Positions 1 to 10,173 of a stretch of DNA of 64,000 bases are shown here, piece by piece; the first letter of the stretch is position 1; every line of letters starts with the position of its first letter. The stretch covers positions 45,632,001-45,696,000 of the forward strand of contig CM060731.1 in NCBI GenBank assembly GCA_030704615.1, given 5' to 3'. The notes beneath the pieces are model-generated. The model had not been told where the DNA came from. It saw nothing but the letters and a program-made list of their open reading frames with translations, and searched no databases. The DNA is from Takakia lepidozioides. Its lineage: Eukaryota; Plantae; Bryophyta. Made by a program: the position numbers and the translations under genes.

Positions 1-3000
1 ATGTGACAGAAAACATTGCATTTGGCCAGCTTACCGTCTGCATGCTGTGCAAATGACGCGGGTACCATTCTCGAATCGGAGACAGCTTGGCTATCTCAAA
101 CAAGACAGAGAGCGCCTCTGGGTCGTAAGGTTTACAGGACCAGCAGCGAGCAGATTGAAGTAGCCTCATAGCAGACTCTGTTCCTGTCAAGCCTGTGAAC
201 GGGTCGGGGAGCGCATGAGATGTTGAGGCATGAAGGAGAGCCAGATACAGCCATGCAGTTGTACTTGCTGGGCCTTGTAAACACTGGAGGCGGTTGTCAA
301 TGTGATAAAAGAAGAAGCTCGGGGACGAAAACGAAGTGAGCGTCACTCGTACCGAAGGATGTCTTTCAAACTTGCCGTGACATCCCATGGTGGTGACAAG
401 CGGGGTTGAATGCGGAATGAGTAGAATACACTTTCCGGTGCATTCCTTTGGTGGACCTAGTTCTTCTAGCACAAGACCATGGTGCAATCCAATTAATGTC
501 CCAAGTGTCTGTCTTTGAGACACAATGTATCCAGGCCGCTCCCGCGACTCCATGGCCCCTGATTTGTCTACGTAAAAGCTTAGCCCTAAGCGTGGAAGCT
601 CTGCTGAAACAACACCATTTTTTCCAGCAAATACATGGACATACTCTGATAACTCCAGTCGACATAACATTTTGTCGTAAATCTCTCTGAAGCTGTCACT
701 GCGAAGATCCACCAAATTCCGATGCTTCTGCGTGTCGTATACAATGCCAGATCGAATGTCAAGAACGTATGGGAAAACATCCCCTTTCTCCCCTGAAAAG
801 GTTTCGTCATCAAACCTGACCGGTCGAAACACCATGCATCCAATGTCAGTTCCAAATAACTCAGGAAGCTCACTTTTCTTTAACCCCGAGCAACTCTCCA
901 CTTCCAAAATCCAATGACTGTGTTGCTCAATGAGAAGCCGAGGCAGATCACCCTTCAGAAAACGAGAGGGAAAGAGCTTAAACCTTCGGCCATCCTCACG
1001 GCGCTCTGTAACCAATAGACGTTCCTCGTCCATGGCAAATGTGAAATTTGCGTTGTGTAACTTGTGAATGGATACGAATGTTCCTCGGCTGGCAGCTGCT
1101 GCCTGCACCTGAAACACGTGGCTGCCGAAAAGCCTCTGATAATCCTCATGACTAGTTATTGAGGAAGGTAGCCGAGCCACTGGACATCCATCAACCAGAA
1201 AAGATCCTCCCAGCATGTCCATCTGCAAAACCATCTTGCGCCCACTTGAAGTGTGTTTGAACTCACAAGTCCACCACCGTTCTTGTGGTATCTCGCACTG
1301 CTCCCAACCTTCAATCTCACCTTGGTTAGCATCCACCCAATGTTTTGAGACAAAGGTGTCCAAGCACTCACTGTCCATCGTCATCAACTTGGCTAGAGGT
1401 TTTTCCAGACGAAGTGCTGTGATCTGCACTCTTCGAAGTAGGCTATGTTGTAACAATCCCCCAGACATTTTTGTATTCAGTATAACGTTGTCCTGAATGC
1501 AGGCCACGGCTTGTAGCCAAGATGTTGCATTGGCATTGTCTCTCAAAACTAGCTCCATATGACAGACATCCACATCAAACGTCAGCGCAGCAATGGCTGC
1601 CACATCAACGAGATTTGAGTGAAACTTCTGCAGTTCGTGAATAGGGGATGCCATCATCCTTCCCAGAACCCTCTTCATTCGGTCCAACCAATCTTCTGCA
1701 ATGGCACGGCAGGTGTGAAGAATATCGGCCGCATCCTGTTCCCAAGCAGCTTCAGACATTGCTAACAACCTTGCACCAATATTTACAATGCTTAACAAAC
1801 TTAAGTGAGCCTTCCAATTCTCTCGCATACTCTCCGCCAGAGACTTCAATTGATCCATGAAATATCTTGCAAACAACTTGTCTCGTAGGTCTACATGTGA
1901 CTCGCGCCACCATCCCCCCCAATCCTTTCCGGCTGCTGCTGGACCTGCCTGCCACAGTGCTTGCGATAACAACTTAGCAACACTCGGCTGAGACAGAGAC
2001 AATGATCGCATCTCAAGAACTCGAGTCATGTTTCGTATCTGGTGGCGATGGCCGGAGCGCAGCGTGCCAAAGGCCTTGTACTCTACCAAGCTGAGCTCAG
2101 CTGGGCATTGAACTTGCTTAGCCAGCACTTCGTTTTCAGTGTGTGATGTCCCCTCGATGGTCCATTGCAAACATTGGTATGGGCCATCCACAGTCATCGT
2201 TGTCAGAGAAGTAACATCCGCCACTTTCTTGTGAGTGTCCACGCTTGCAGTGCCAGTGCCTGCACATTCCATGAAGCACACATTGAAGCCATTCGGCTTG
2301 ATAAAATCCTCGTCTGGCCGCGAAGGATGCTTCATTGAGTAATGCGATTGGGCAAATAGCTTGTTCGTGCTGCAAAGAGTGGTCAACCTCTCATAGGGAC
2401 AAGCTGAACACCAACGTTTCAGTGGTGCGTGACTGAGCCACATGCCTTGCTTTCTCTTGCAGCTCAACTGGACACAACACACATCCCGACTAAGAATATG
2501 CAGGGCATCGCGAAGCACTAAAAGAGAGGCAGGGGCAACAATCTCATACACAACTGCATCTTGCAGATGCAGCTTGTCTGGCAGTGGAAACTCAAATATG
2601 GAGACAGACATTTTGGCAGCTAGCTTTATCAAGTCGCACTTACTACACCACCTACAATGGTTCTCATGACCATATCTATCTGTATACGTGCTACATGTCA
2701 TGTTGTCAGCCTCTTGATTGAGGCGATTGTATTCAACCCGCAATCTGGCAAGCTCCTCCAGCTTCTCAATCTGTTTTTTCGTTGCAAAATCCAGAATCTC
2801 CTGTTTGATTCTCTGCATTTCAAAGTCCTGCTGTGCCAAGCGAACTGACAGGGATTGTGGAGACGGCTCATCTTCACTGATGAGTGAAATATCTCGTAAT
2901 TTTCTTGCCACACGCCAGGCAAAATATGCCTCCAACTGAGACAAGTGCTCCATATCCTGGCGAAGAGGTAGAAGCAGGGCCTCCAGCACTGGTGTGCTCA

Positions 3001-4522
3001 CTCCAGGATCGTACTGAAGCAGCAATGGATACTGCCTTGCAGAAATGCAGTCAATCACTGCAACGATAGTGTATGCTGTGAGAATCAGTCGGCTTAATCC
3101 GAGAATGTCGCCCTGATAGAACCCCTTGGCTAATTCGATATAGTGAATCAAGACGTCCATGTGACATATTGTCTGATGAAAGGGCATAATATTGCGGCGT
3201 GCCCACAAGCTTTCACGCGCCCAACATTCAAAGTCATAGAGAACTTCCCCAATTTCGACAGAAGAGTTGGCAGGAGTAAATTGGCGAAGCCTAGCTGCAA
3301 AGTCGTCGCTGCGTTCCAAGCACTTGGGGACTACCACACGAGCTGCCATCGCCGAGTTGCTCTGGGGCGCTGCCAAAGCCCTCTGGAGGTGCGGAATTGC
3401 GGTCTCAAGCGAATGCTTCTGATGTTTAGCGAAGTCCAGTTTCTGGGTGTCCGGGGCCATTGGAGACCGCAACGAGGCGATCCTCTCCCAGCGTTTATCT
3501 ACAACTGCACGGACATGTACCACTGACTTGCAAGATCTCTCCGTGACCTTCTGCAGGCGGCGATGGAAGTCACTGTGCGTGGTTTGGATCGATGCTGACA
3601 AGTACTGCTCGAGCTTGGACACCCGGCGGGCGAGCTTGCCAAGCATTTCCATGAGGACGTCAGTTTCCAGCTTAGCGTAGTTCTTGGTCAAAACCAGGGT
3701 CAGCATTTGCAGCATGGTCATCTTGTAGGCAACAAAGCCCTCGTGAGGCCCGAGACTGCCGACGAGCATGCTGTGGAGAGCAATTTTAACAGTCATGTAT
3801 TCTCCCGACCTCCGCCAAGGCAGTAGGGCGTCCTTCCACAAGACATCGTCACGGATCTTCTTCCTCACACGAGCTACGCCCCCCCCGCCAGTGATCTCAG
3901 AATGGCCCGCGACAGCACTCAATAGCCACTCCGTCACATACTTGGCATCGGCAACGTCGCGAATCTCTGCCTCTTGGGTGCCCGCCTTTCTTGTCATGGG
4001 CAGCGTCTCGTCTTCGAAGGCAGTGTTTGCCAGATCCGCCAGCTGCTTGGCAAAGCACGCATTCTGCACTCCCTGGATGCGGCAGGTTACAGCCCAGCCA
4101 GGGAAGATGCCCGTCAAGTCCCCCTTAGCCTCCACCACCTTGGCATTGCGCGCTGCCACTTGAAACACAGCCACCGTTGCGGATTCCTCTTGCTCTTTCG
4201 GAATCGACAGCAACACTCCAGCATTCTGCGCGCGCACGTACAGAGCAAACGTCTGTCCAGGGCGCAGCGCACTGATCCCCTCCTGCACCGCCATCCACCC
4301 CACCAATTCTTCCTGCACTCTCGCCCACACTCTCATCGCTCGCGCAGCTTCCGCCATGCCAGCACCCACATCCACATCCTCCCCCTGCAGCTCCTCCCCC
4401 GCCAGCACCTGCGCAGCCAACCTCACGAAGGCCCCAGCACTGCTACTCGGCTCCGCTTTCTGGGGCAGCTGCCTGGGCAGAAACAAGTTGTTCACCAAAT
4501 GCATCGTCACCTCCGACCCCAT
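1..4522 (-). CDS. Giant intronless ORF, DUF6606/DUF3638/DUF3645-type ('ubiquitinyl hydrolase 1'-like) protein, 3' partial (runs off window start)
   Basis: Manual translation shows no stop from ATG 4522 (MGSEVTMHLVNNLFLPRQLPQ) to position 1, i.e. >1500 codons; it is missing from the ORF track, probably because no stop lies in the window. Motifs: LYVRAQNAGV, EIRDVADAKYVTE, KKIRDDVLWKDALLPWRRS, ALWQAGP, KGDLPRLLIEQHSHW, ELPRLGLSFYV, LYLALLHASTSHALPDPFTGLTGTE, IAKLSPIREWYPRHLHSMQTVSW. Confidence 0.85.
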   Translation of the reverse strand, partial: MGSEVTMHLVNNLFLPRQLPQKAEPSSSAGAFVRLAAQVLAGEELQGEDVDVGAGMAEAARAMRVWARVQEELVGWMAVQEGISALRPGQTFALYVRAQNAGVLLSIPKEQEESATVAVFQVAARNAKVVEAKGDLTGIFPGWAVTCRIQGVQNACFAKQLADLANTAFEDETLPMTRKAGTQEAEIRDVADAKYVTEWLLSAVAGHSEITGGGGVARVRKKIRDDVLWKDALLPWRRSGEYMTVKIALHSMLVGSLGPHEGFVAYKMTMLQMLTLVLTKNYAKLETDVLMEMLGKLARRVSKLEQYLSASIQTTHSDFHRRLQKVTERSCKSVVHVRAVVDKRWERIASLRSPMAPDTQKLDFAKHQKHSLETAIPHLQRALAAPQSNSAMAARVVVPKCLERSDDFAARLRQFTPANSSVEIGEVLYDFECWARESLWARRNIMPFHQTICHMDVLIHYIELAKGFYQGDILGLSRLILTAYTIVAVIDCISARQYPLLLQYDPGVSTPVLEALLLPLRQDMEHLSQLEAYFAWRVARKLRDISLISEDEPSPQSLSVRLAQQDFEMQRIKQEILDFATKKQIEKLEELARLRVEYNRLNQEADNMTCSTYTDRYGHENHCRWCSKCDLIKLAAKMSVSIFEFPLPDKLHLQDAVVYEIVAPASLLVLRDALHILSRDVCCVQLSCKRKQGMWLSHAPLKRWCSACPYERLTTLCSTNKLFAQSHYSMKHPSRPDEDFIKPNGFNVCFMECAGTGTASVDTHKKVADVTSLTTMTVDGPYQCLQWTIEGTSHTENEVLAKQVQCPAELSLVEYKAFGTLRSGHRHQIRNMTRVLEMRSLSLSQPSVAKLLSQALWQAGPAAAGKDWGGWWRESHVDLRDKLFARYFMDQLKSLAESMRENWKAHLSLLSIVNIGARLLAMSEAAWEQDAADILHTCRAIAEDWLDRMKRVLGRMMASPIHELQKFHSNLVDVAAIAALTFDVDVCHMELVLRDNANATSWLQAVACIQDNVILNTKMSGGLLQHSLLRRVQITALRLEKPLAKLMTMDSECLDTFVSKHWVDANQGEIEGWEQCEIPQERWWTCEFKHTSSGRKMVLQMDMLGGSFLVDGCPVARLPSSITSHEDYQRLFGSHVFQVQAAAASRGTFVSIHKLHNANFTFAMDEERLLVTERREDGRRFKLFPSRFLKGDLPRLLIEQHSHWILEVESCSGLKKSELPELFGTDIGCMVFRPVRFDDETFSGEKGDVFPYVLDIRSGIVYDTQKHRNLVDLRSDSFREIYDKMLCRLELSEYVHVFAGKNGVVSAELPRLGLSFYVDKSGAMESRERPGYIVSQRQTLGTLIGLHHGLVLEELGPPKECTGKCILLIPHSTPLVTTMGCHGKFERHPSVRVTLTSFSSPSFFFYHIDNRLQCLQGPASTTAWLYLALLHASTSHALPDPFTGLTGTESAMRLLQSARCWSCKPYDPEALSVLFEIAKLSPIREWYPRHLHSMQTVSWPNAMFSVT

Positions 4523-5199
4523 CTCCACCAATTTCTTCCTCCCACCTCCACTGCACACCACAACGCCACCCGCGCCCCTCACTCACGTCTGTTTCCGCCG
4601 AGTTACAGCACTCAACGACTGCATGCCTCTCTGCCTGCAAACTGCGTATATCACTGCAAAACTCCTCCACGGAACTGGGAAGAGCAACCAACCGTCTCGA
4701 GTACTGGGAACTGGGAAGACAAACTGTTACCAGCACTCGTGCGCCGGCGGCGGCGGCGACGACGGATACGATAAGTGTCGCTGTACACAGTGCCTCTTTT
4801 ATGATGCCCGCAAAACGGCGCTTTCGGCCATCCCTTTGTTTACCACAATCCGATCGCCCAAATTCTGTTACGTGTTGCACACTGCTTGCTCTTCACGTTT
4901 TACTAGTAAGTTATACCGCGCTTACGACACTATGACTACATATTGCTCACGATATTTGGTTGTTGAGGCGATCCAATGTACCTTATTGATATCGCTTCAA
5001 TTTGCATCCACGTTGGGCTGCGCTCCAAATCGAGTGAATGCAGAAAACTTGTAAGGTATGTGAGACGTGGTGGGACGTCGGGCAATCTTACAGTCGTGGA
5101 ATTTGCCCTAGTGCCCGTACGCTGGCGTAGCACTGGAGCAGCGTTTTCTTCAAAAGCAGCGCAAGCGGCCACCTGTGTGTTCTACCCTGGGCCCAGGTG

Positions 5200-5935
5200 G
5201 CCAAAAAATCAAGCTGGCACCTCTAGGGGCACATTTTTACAGGTGCAGGATGGAAATCCTACGGAATGGCGACAACCTCTCGTTCATCTCTCCTGCTTTC
5301 AAAAGAGGGGGAACCTCTTCAAGTGGTGGTTATTTGATGCTTTGATTACAAACAATGAGCATGTCTCAAACTTGCCCAGCTCGTGAGCAGAATTGTATAA
5401 TTTGCGATTACAGCCCTCTGTCCCAGGAAAAATATGTAATCATGTTGGGGAGTTCCGTCTAGGATGTCCCCAAAGGAAAAATTAGGTCAGCTTTTTCATT
5501 GGGGATTGTATAGAGGCACTTCACATGCTCAGGTGCCATTGAATGACATCACCATTGTTATGGGTCATACTGGCCTTTTGATCACGCTTCTAGGAGAGCC
5601 ACCCAACCTTCCAATGTGGGGACCTTTCCCACGAGGGATCACCGCAAGGCTCTCCTTTTAGATTATCTGGGTCTTAAAGTCTCATGTGTGGGCCAGGCAG
5701 CGCAGGGATCGCCCTGCCTCCCCCGCCTCCCCCCTCCTCGCGTCCAGGTATATTCTTCTCCCCCTTCCCTTGGGCGGTGTCCCTAGAGCCTTGTGCTTGG
5801 CGCCTCATGGCGAGGTTACTATGAAAGAGGTTATTTTCTCCTCTCACCACAATTAAGGGGCCTGATTTGTGAGCGGTCGCTCAAGGGTATTTCCCTTTTA
5901 TTATTATTTAAAATAAAATGAAATAAAAATATAAA
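5200..5935 (+). mobile_element. Degenerate LINE 3' end with A-rich tail
   Basis: Decayed zf-RVT-like remnants (FKWWL.DAL, CIIC near 5395) followed by a 3' tail at 5820-5890 shared with the SINE copies and an A-rich run. Confidence 0.45.
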
Positions 5936-6296
5936 CAACAGTATTTCGCCACCGTAACTACTTTATGATCCTTTCCTACCCTACTTGGCTTTGTCTTTCG
6001 CCTTGCTCTTTTCCTCCCTTGTGCTGGGATGGCCCTTTCGAGTTTTTTTTTTAATGCACCCTTTTTTAATGCATTGAGTTTGGCTTTCAGGTTTCCATTA
6101 AAAAAATAAAATAAAAATAAAAACAAAGTCATGATAAAGATTACATGACACATTGCGGTGAGCTTCTCATTGAAAGATAATTGGGTCTTTAAGGCACAGG
6201 TGTGCTAGTACATGGGCATTAATGCAATGGTTCTTTTAAAGGGCAAGTTTTCGAAAAAAATTCTAAGTGATGGAGGGTTGGTGGTGTGTGGACCTA

Positions 6297-6360
6297 CACC
6301 CGACAAGGTAGCAGGATTTGAACCCAGACTCACCTGGGTGGCACTCAGCGCTCTATCTAA
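6297..6360 (-). mobile_element. Degenerate tRNA-like SINE head
   Basis: Similar to 8955-9030 (gtagcaggatttgaacccag...gggtggcactcagcgct). Confidence 0.45.
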
Positions 6361-6429
6361 TATTGAAAGTAGAGTTTCACTTAAATATTTAATATTTAAA
6401 TCATATTTGGCAAGATGTATGGCTTAAGC

Positions 6430-6960
6430 AGAGGTCTGCTAAAACTTGGGCCTTCCTGGTGAAATTGTGCAACAAGATTCTACCTCTTTCTTTCTCTCAA
6501 CCTGCTCCTAACAATGTGTGCAAGTCTTGTTCTTTGGGGAAAATTGAAACCATTCAACATTGCTTCATGCCATGTCACTTTGTTGTCTCCATTTGGACTA
6601 GGGTTCATGCCCAACTGGCGTAACTTGATTGCAGGGGCCTTCTTATCATTCTTTTTAATATCTCCGATTCTGCTCCCTGGCAGTCTTGTCTGATTTGGCA
6701 TGCTCAGCTTCGTGGATTGGGTCTCTGGCACATCGGGTAGGCCCGCTGTGCTCTCATCTTTGATCTTAAGCCCATTTATGTTAAAGTTTCTTTGGCCGCT
6801 CTCTTCTTTGACTTATGGGTAGAAGGTCGCAAATTGAAGGGGGTTCTGTTGGGCACAGTATGCAGATGCTCTGAGGAGCGGAGGACTACCCTTCTCTCAA
6901 AATTTGACGCCGAATGGGGGCACCTTGGATTACTTTGTCAAAGTTAGGGCGAACGAGTTA
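6430..6960 (+). mobile_element. LINE ORF2 C-terminal (zf-RVT) fragment
   Basis: Translates as NVCKSCSLGKIETIQHCFMPC (CxxC...ET..H....C) near 6512-6575; decayed on both sides. Confidence 0.6.
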
Positions 6961-7629
6961 CATCCCGACCTCAAGTCAACTGTTGACTCTCCCAATGACT
7001 AGGCCTCACTGGAAGATATGGACATCAACTGGCGTCATAGGAAGAATCAAGGTTCAAAGATTAGTCCTCACTTGAATTTTGAGCCCCTTGGGGCCAAACG
7101 CTGATTCTGAACTGTGATATTGATTATCTGTTCTACTCTGATTCTGGGCCTCTCCCCTGTGCCTGCCTTATTCATGTTCTTAGGCCTGGTCTATAGTTCG
7201 GTTTCGGCTATGGTAGGAGGTTTACTTGTTCCTTTGTTGGTGTGGTTGGTGGAACTCTCCCAACGAGACAAGTATCAACATATGAGGTTCGCTCCTCCTT
7301 CTGGTTATGTCCTTAGTTACGTTCCTGTTCTAGTAGCATAATACTCCTGAGCAAATATGGGTCTTCCTCACAAAGGCAAGCTTAGTCCTCTGAGGCAGAT
7401 CTCTTCTTTAGGATCAGTATTAGTTGCTCTTACCTCTTTTCTATGCGCCTTTAGAACATAATTGCTTCCAGATCTCTTAGGGTTCTAGCGTGGTAGGAAT
7501 TATAAGCTCTGCCTGGATGGCTGATCTGGGTTGTACCCGATCTTTCCGAAGATGTAAGCCTTATGGCCCACTGTCCTGGTTATTTTTTCCAGGACACCTT
7601 TTTAACATGGCTTTCATACAGTGTTTTCA

Positions 7630-9120
7630 AATCTGGCGATTATTTCGACCTGGAAACTGGTTCGACTACTTTTATAAAGGAATTATTGGAGTAAAAATCA
7701 AATAAATTCTCCAAAAAGCCCCAATGATTAATATCAGGAGCCATAATTTTCCTATGTGGACCTGTGAAGATGTGACACCTATTATATAGCCATTTTTCTA
7801 ACCCTGCCACCTCGTTATTCTCGTCACATGGGTAATGTAACTTCATACAAGGTGAATTTTTTCACTCCCAAAAACTACTACCCATTGGAACTGATGGGAG
7901 GCTACCCACCTACCACCATTCATCCACAAAGAATGACCGTACACATACATACGTGGCCTCCCCAAATTTTAGGAATTTTCACAGTTGAGTTTGAGAGATT
8001 ATATTCTTTTTTTGGAGACGTTTTCTTTTTCTTTGGGTTTGAAAAAAATCCTTTATTTGCTTTGACCAAGCATGTTAAGGGGTTTTTTGAATTTTCCGAA
8101 GGACTACCCCAAATTTACATAATGTATAGTACAAATGTGAAGTGCATGCCAAATTTTTACTGCATAGGCTGCTTTGAATGTGTTTTGGTGAGGGTTGACA
8201 TATTCACCCCTCAAGCCTGAAGCTTTTCTCCAAAACATGTCGTCGGAAAAACCATAATTACACAAATCCATCCGGTGAGGGGTTGTCTTACAATACCCAT
8301 AAGCACTAGGAAAATTTTAAATAGGATATATAGGTGAAAACCTAATTTCAAATAGGTGGAGCTACATCAAACAGTTTTGGCATCCAGGCCCTAATATGCT
8401 TCATTTGCCCCAATGAGGGGGGCCAACGTTTCAAGTCGACTCCCCTCCGCCCAATAAGTATCTGACGCCTATCTCTTGAGAAAAGTTTGGAGGTCGCATG
8501 CCTGCTCCAAATGACATGCAATAAATTGTAGTAGGTGGTCCACCTCATGCGCTGTAAATGCTCAGAAAAAATGAATGTAAGAGAAACTTCATCTACAAAA
8601 GTTAGGATGGTTCATTCAAACAACGCAACCTGAAATGGGTTGTGTAGGAAGTTAAGGGTTAAATCGCCAGATTTCGACCTGGAAAATGGGTCCGCTACTT
8701 TTATAAAGGAATTATGGATTAAAAATAAAAAAATCGCCAGAAACTGCCAATGGTTAAATATCAGGAGCCAGAATTTTCTTACATGGACCTGTTAAAGTGT
8801 GACACCTTATATAGCCACCTGCACCTCGCTTTTTTATTTTTTTTTATTTTTTAATAAAAGAAAACACCTGGGAGCGACAGCTCACAAATCAGGCCCCTTA
8901 ATAGTGAGAGGAGAAAATAACCTCTTTCACAGTAACCGCAGAAGTGTGTACCACACCCGTCAGTAGCAAGATTTGACCCCAGAATCATCTGGGTTGCACT
9001 CAGTGCACTTAACCAACTGAGCTACTGACTGTTGGTCACCTCGTTACTCTCCCCACATGGGCAGTGCTGTTCTTAAATCTTGCGATTTTTCGCCAGATTT
9101 CGACCTGGAAAATGGGTTTA
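7630..9120. repeat. Dispersed ~200-bp direct repeat (7635-7835; 8665-8828 continuing at 9037-9065; partial copy near 9090)
   Basis: Shared atttcgacctggaaa...ctacttttataaaggaatt...atatcaggagcca...gtgacacct...cacctcgtta; the second copy is split by a SINE. Confidence 0.75.
8829..9036 (-). mobile_element. tRNA-derived SINE with 7-bp TSD (cacctcg)
   Basis: Minus strand has an A-box TAGCTCAGTTGG, a B-box-like GGGTCAAATC, a body and an A-rich tail. cacctcg flanks it at 8822-8828 and 9037-9043; an empty-site paralogue lies near 7808. Confidence 0.85.
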
Positions 9121-10173
9121 AAACGAATATATGTATACTTTTCCAGAGGGGTTTAAGTTTTAAGTAAAACAATACTCATAGACCATAAACTGACCCTATT
9201 AATGACCGCCTTTGACTTGTATTTCGTATTGCAAACATATCACGCCTATAACCGTGGATCGTGCTCACAATTGTTTGTGCTGATGGGATACCAACCCCAA
9301 TGAGCACATGCATCATTGCGATGAGGCCAACAAAAATTCGCAGGCAGTTATTCACATATTTTACTCAAGGCCACACATCCCTTCAAATCCCAGGCCTCAT
9401 GTGAACTACAAATACCATAGTGTGAAAACCTTTCTCCGGTTGAAGTGTTTCGGAAAGTAGAGGCTTGGGGAGTTTTGCACAGGTACACATTCAAGATCTG
9501 CTCATTTCATTTGAATTAACATTGCTGAAGTGACCTGAATAATGGATACTTTTCTGGAATCAATGCTTGATCATGACCCAGCATGATCTGAGGTTCAAAG
9601 CGAATTCGAGAGTAACTACCTGGCTCTATTGCTACTCATTGAAGCTTCACTAGTTGCTCAAGTTCATCTATGAAGCACAATTACCCACTTTCTTTACTTC
9701 CAATGTGGATACTGATTCAAAAGTTGAGCACATTCCGCTCATTCCAACTCCATGCTCTAGGCTTTGAGTGAAATGATGCTAATCAAGGTCAAAACTGTAC
9801 TGTGGAAGGTCAGATCTCTCAATGATATGATGTTGCTCCGTCTTCAAACTATGTTGCTTACCGCATTGTGTCAGTCGCTCCCAAATCTTTCTGTCTCAAG
9901 TGAGTTTATTGCACACTCCACAAAGATGCCTGTTCCATACGAGTAAATGGCATGGGCAATTAAGTAAGGCACATACTTACCATCTCCATGGAGGTATAAT
10001 CTGCTCAGAGTGGAACCAATAGCCAACGTCTTGCAGCCTTTCACATGGAAATGACTTGGGGTTGTGGTTCTTGTAGCCCTTCATTTCCTCTCGAATCAAA
10101 AGCGATAGTGTACAGGTTGTGGTAGGGGCGTCTCCCACTCAAAGTGAAGCAAAGACCAAGGCGGACATACAAC

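Noticed and set aside
3143-5054. Plus-strand ORFs, including a CxxxGHxxxxC zinc-knuckle look-alike at 3143-3526
   Set aside because: Mostly antisense shadows of the giant minus-strand ORF; not a LINE ORF1 or gag.
8955-9032. Functional tRNA gene (GCA, Cys-like); likewise ~27063-27136
   Set aside because: Lacks a canonical GTTC T-loop and a clean anticodon stem; attached to a body, A-rich tail and TSD, so it is a SINE head.
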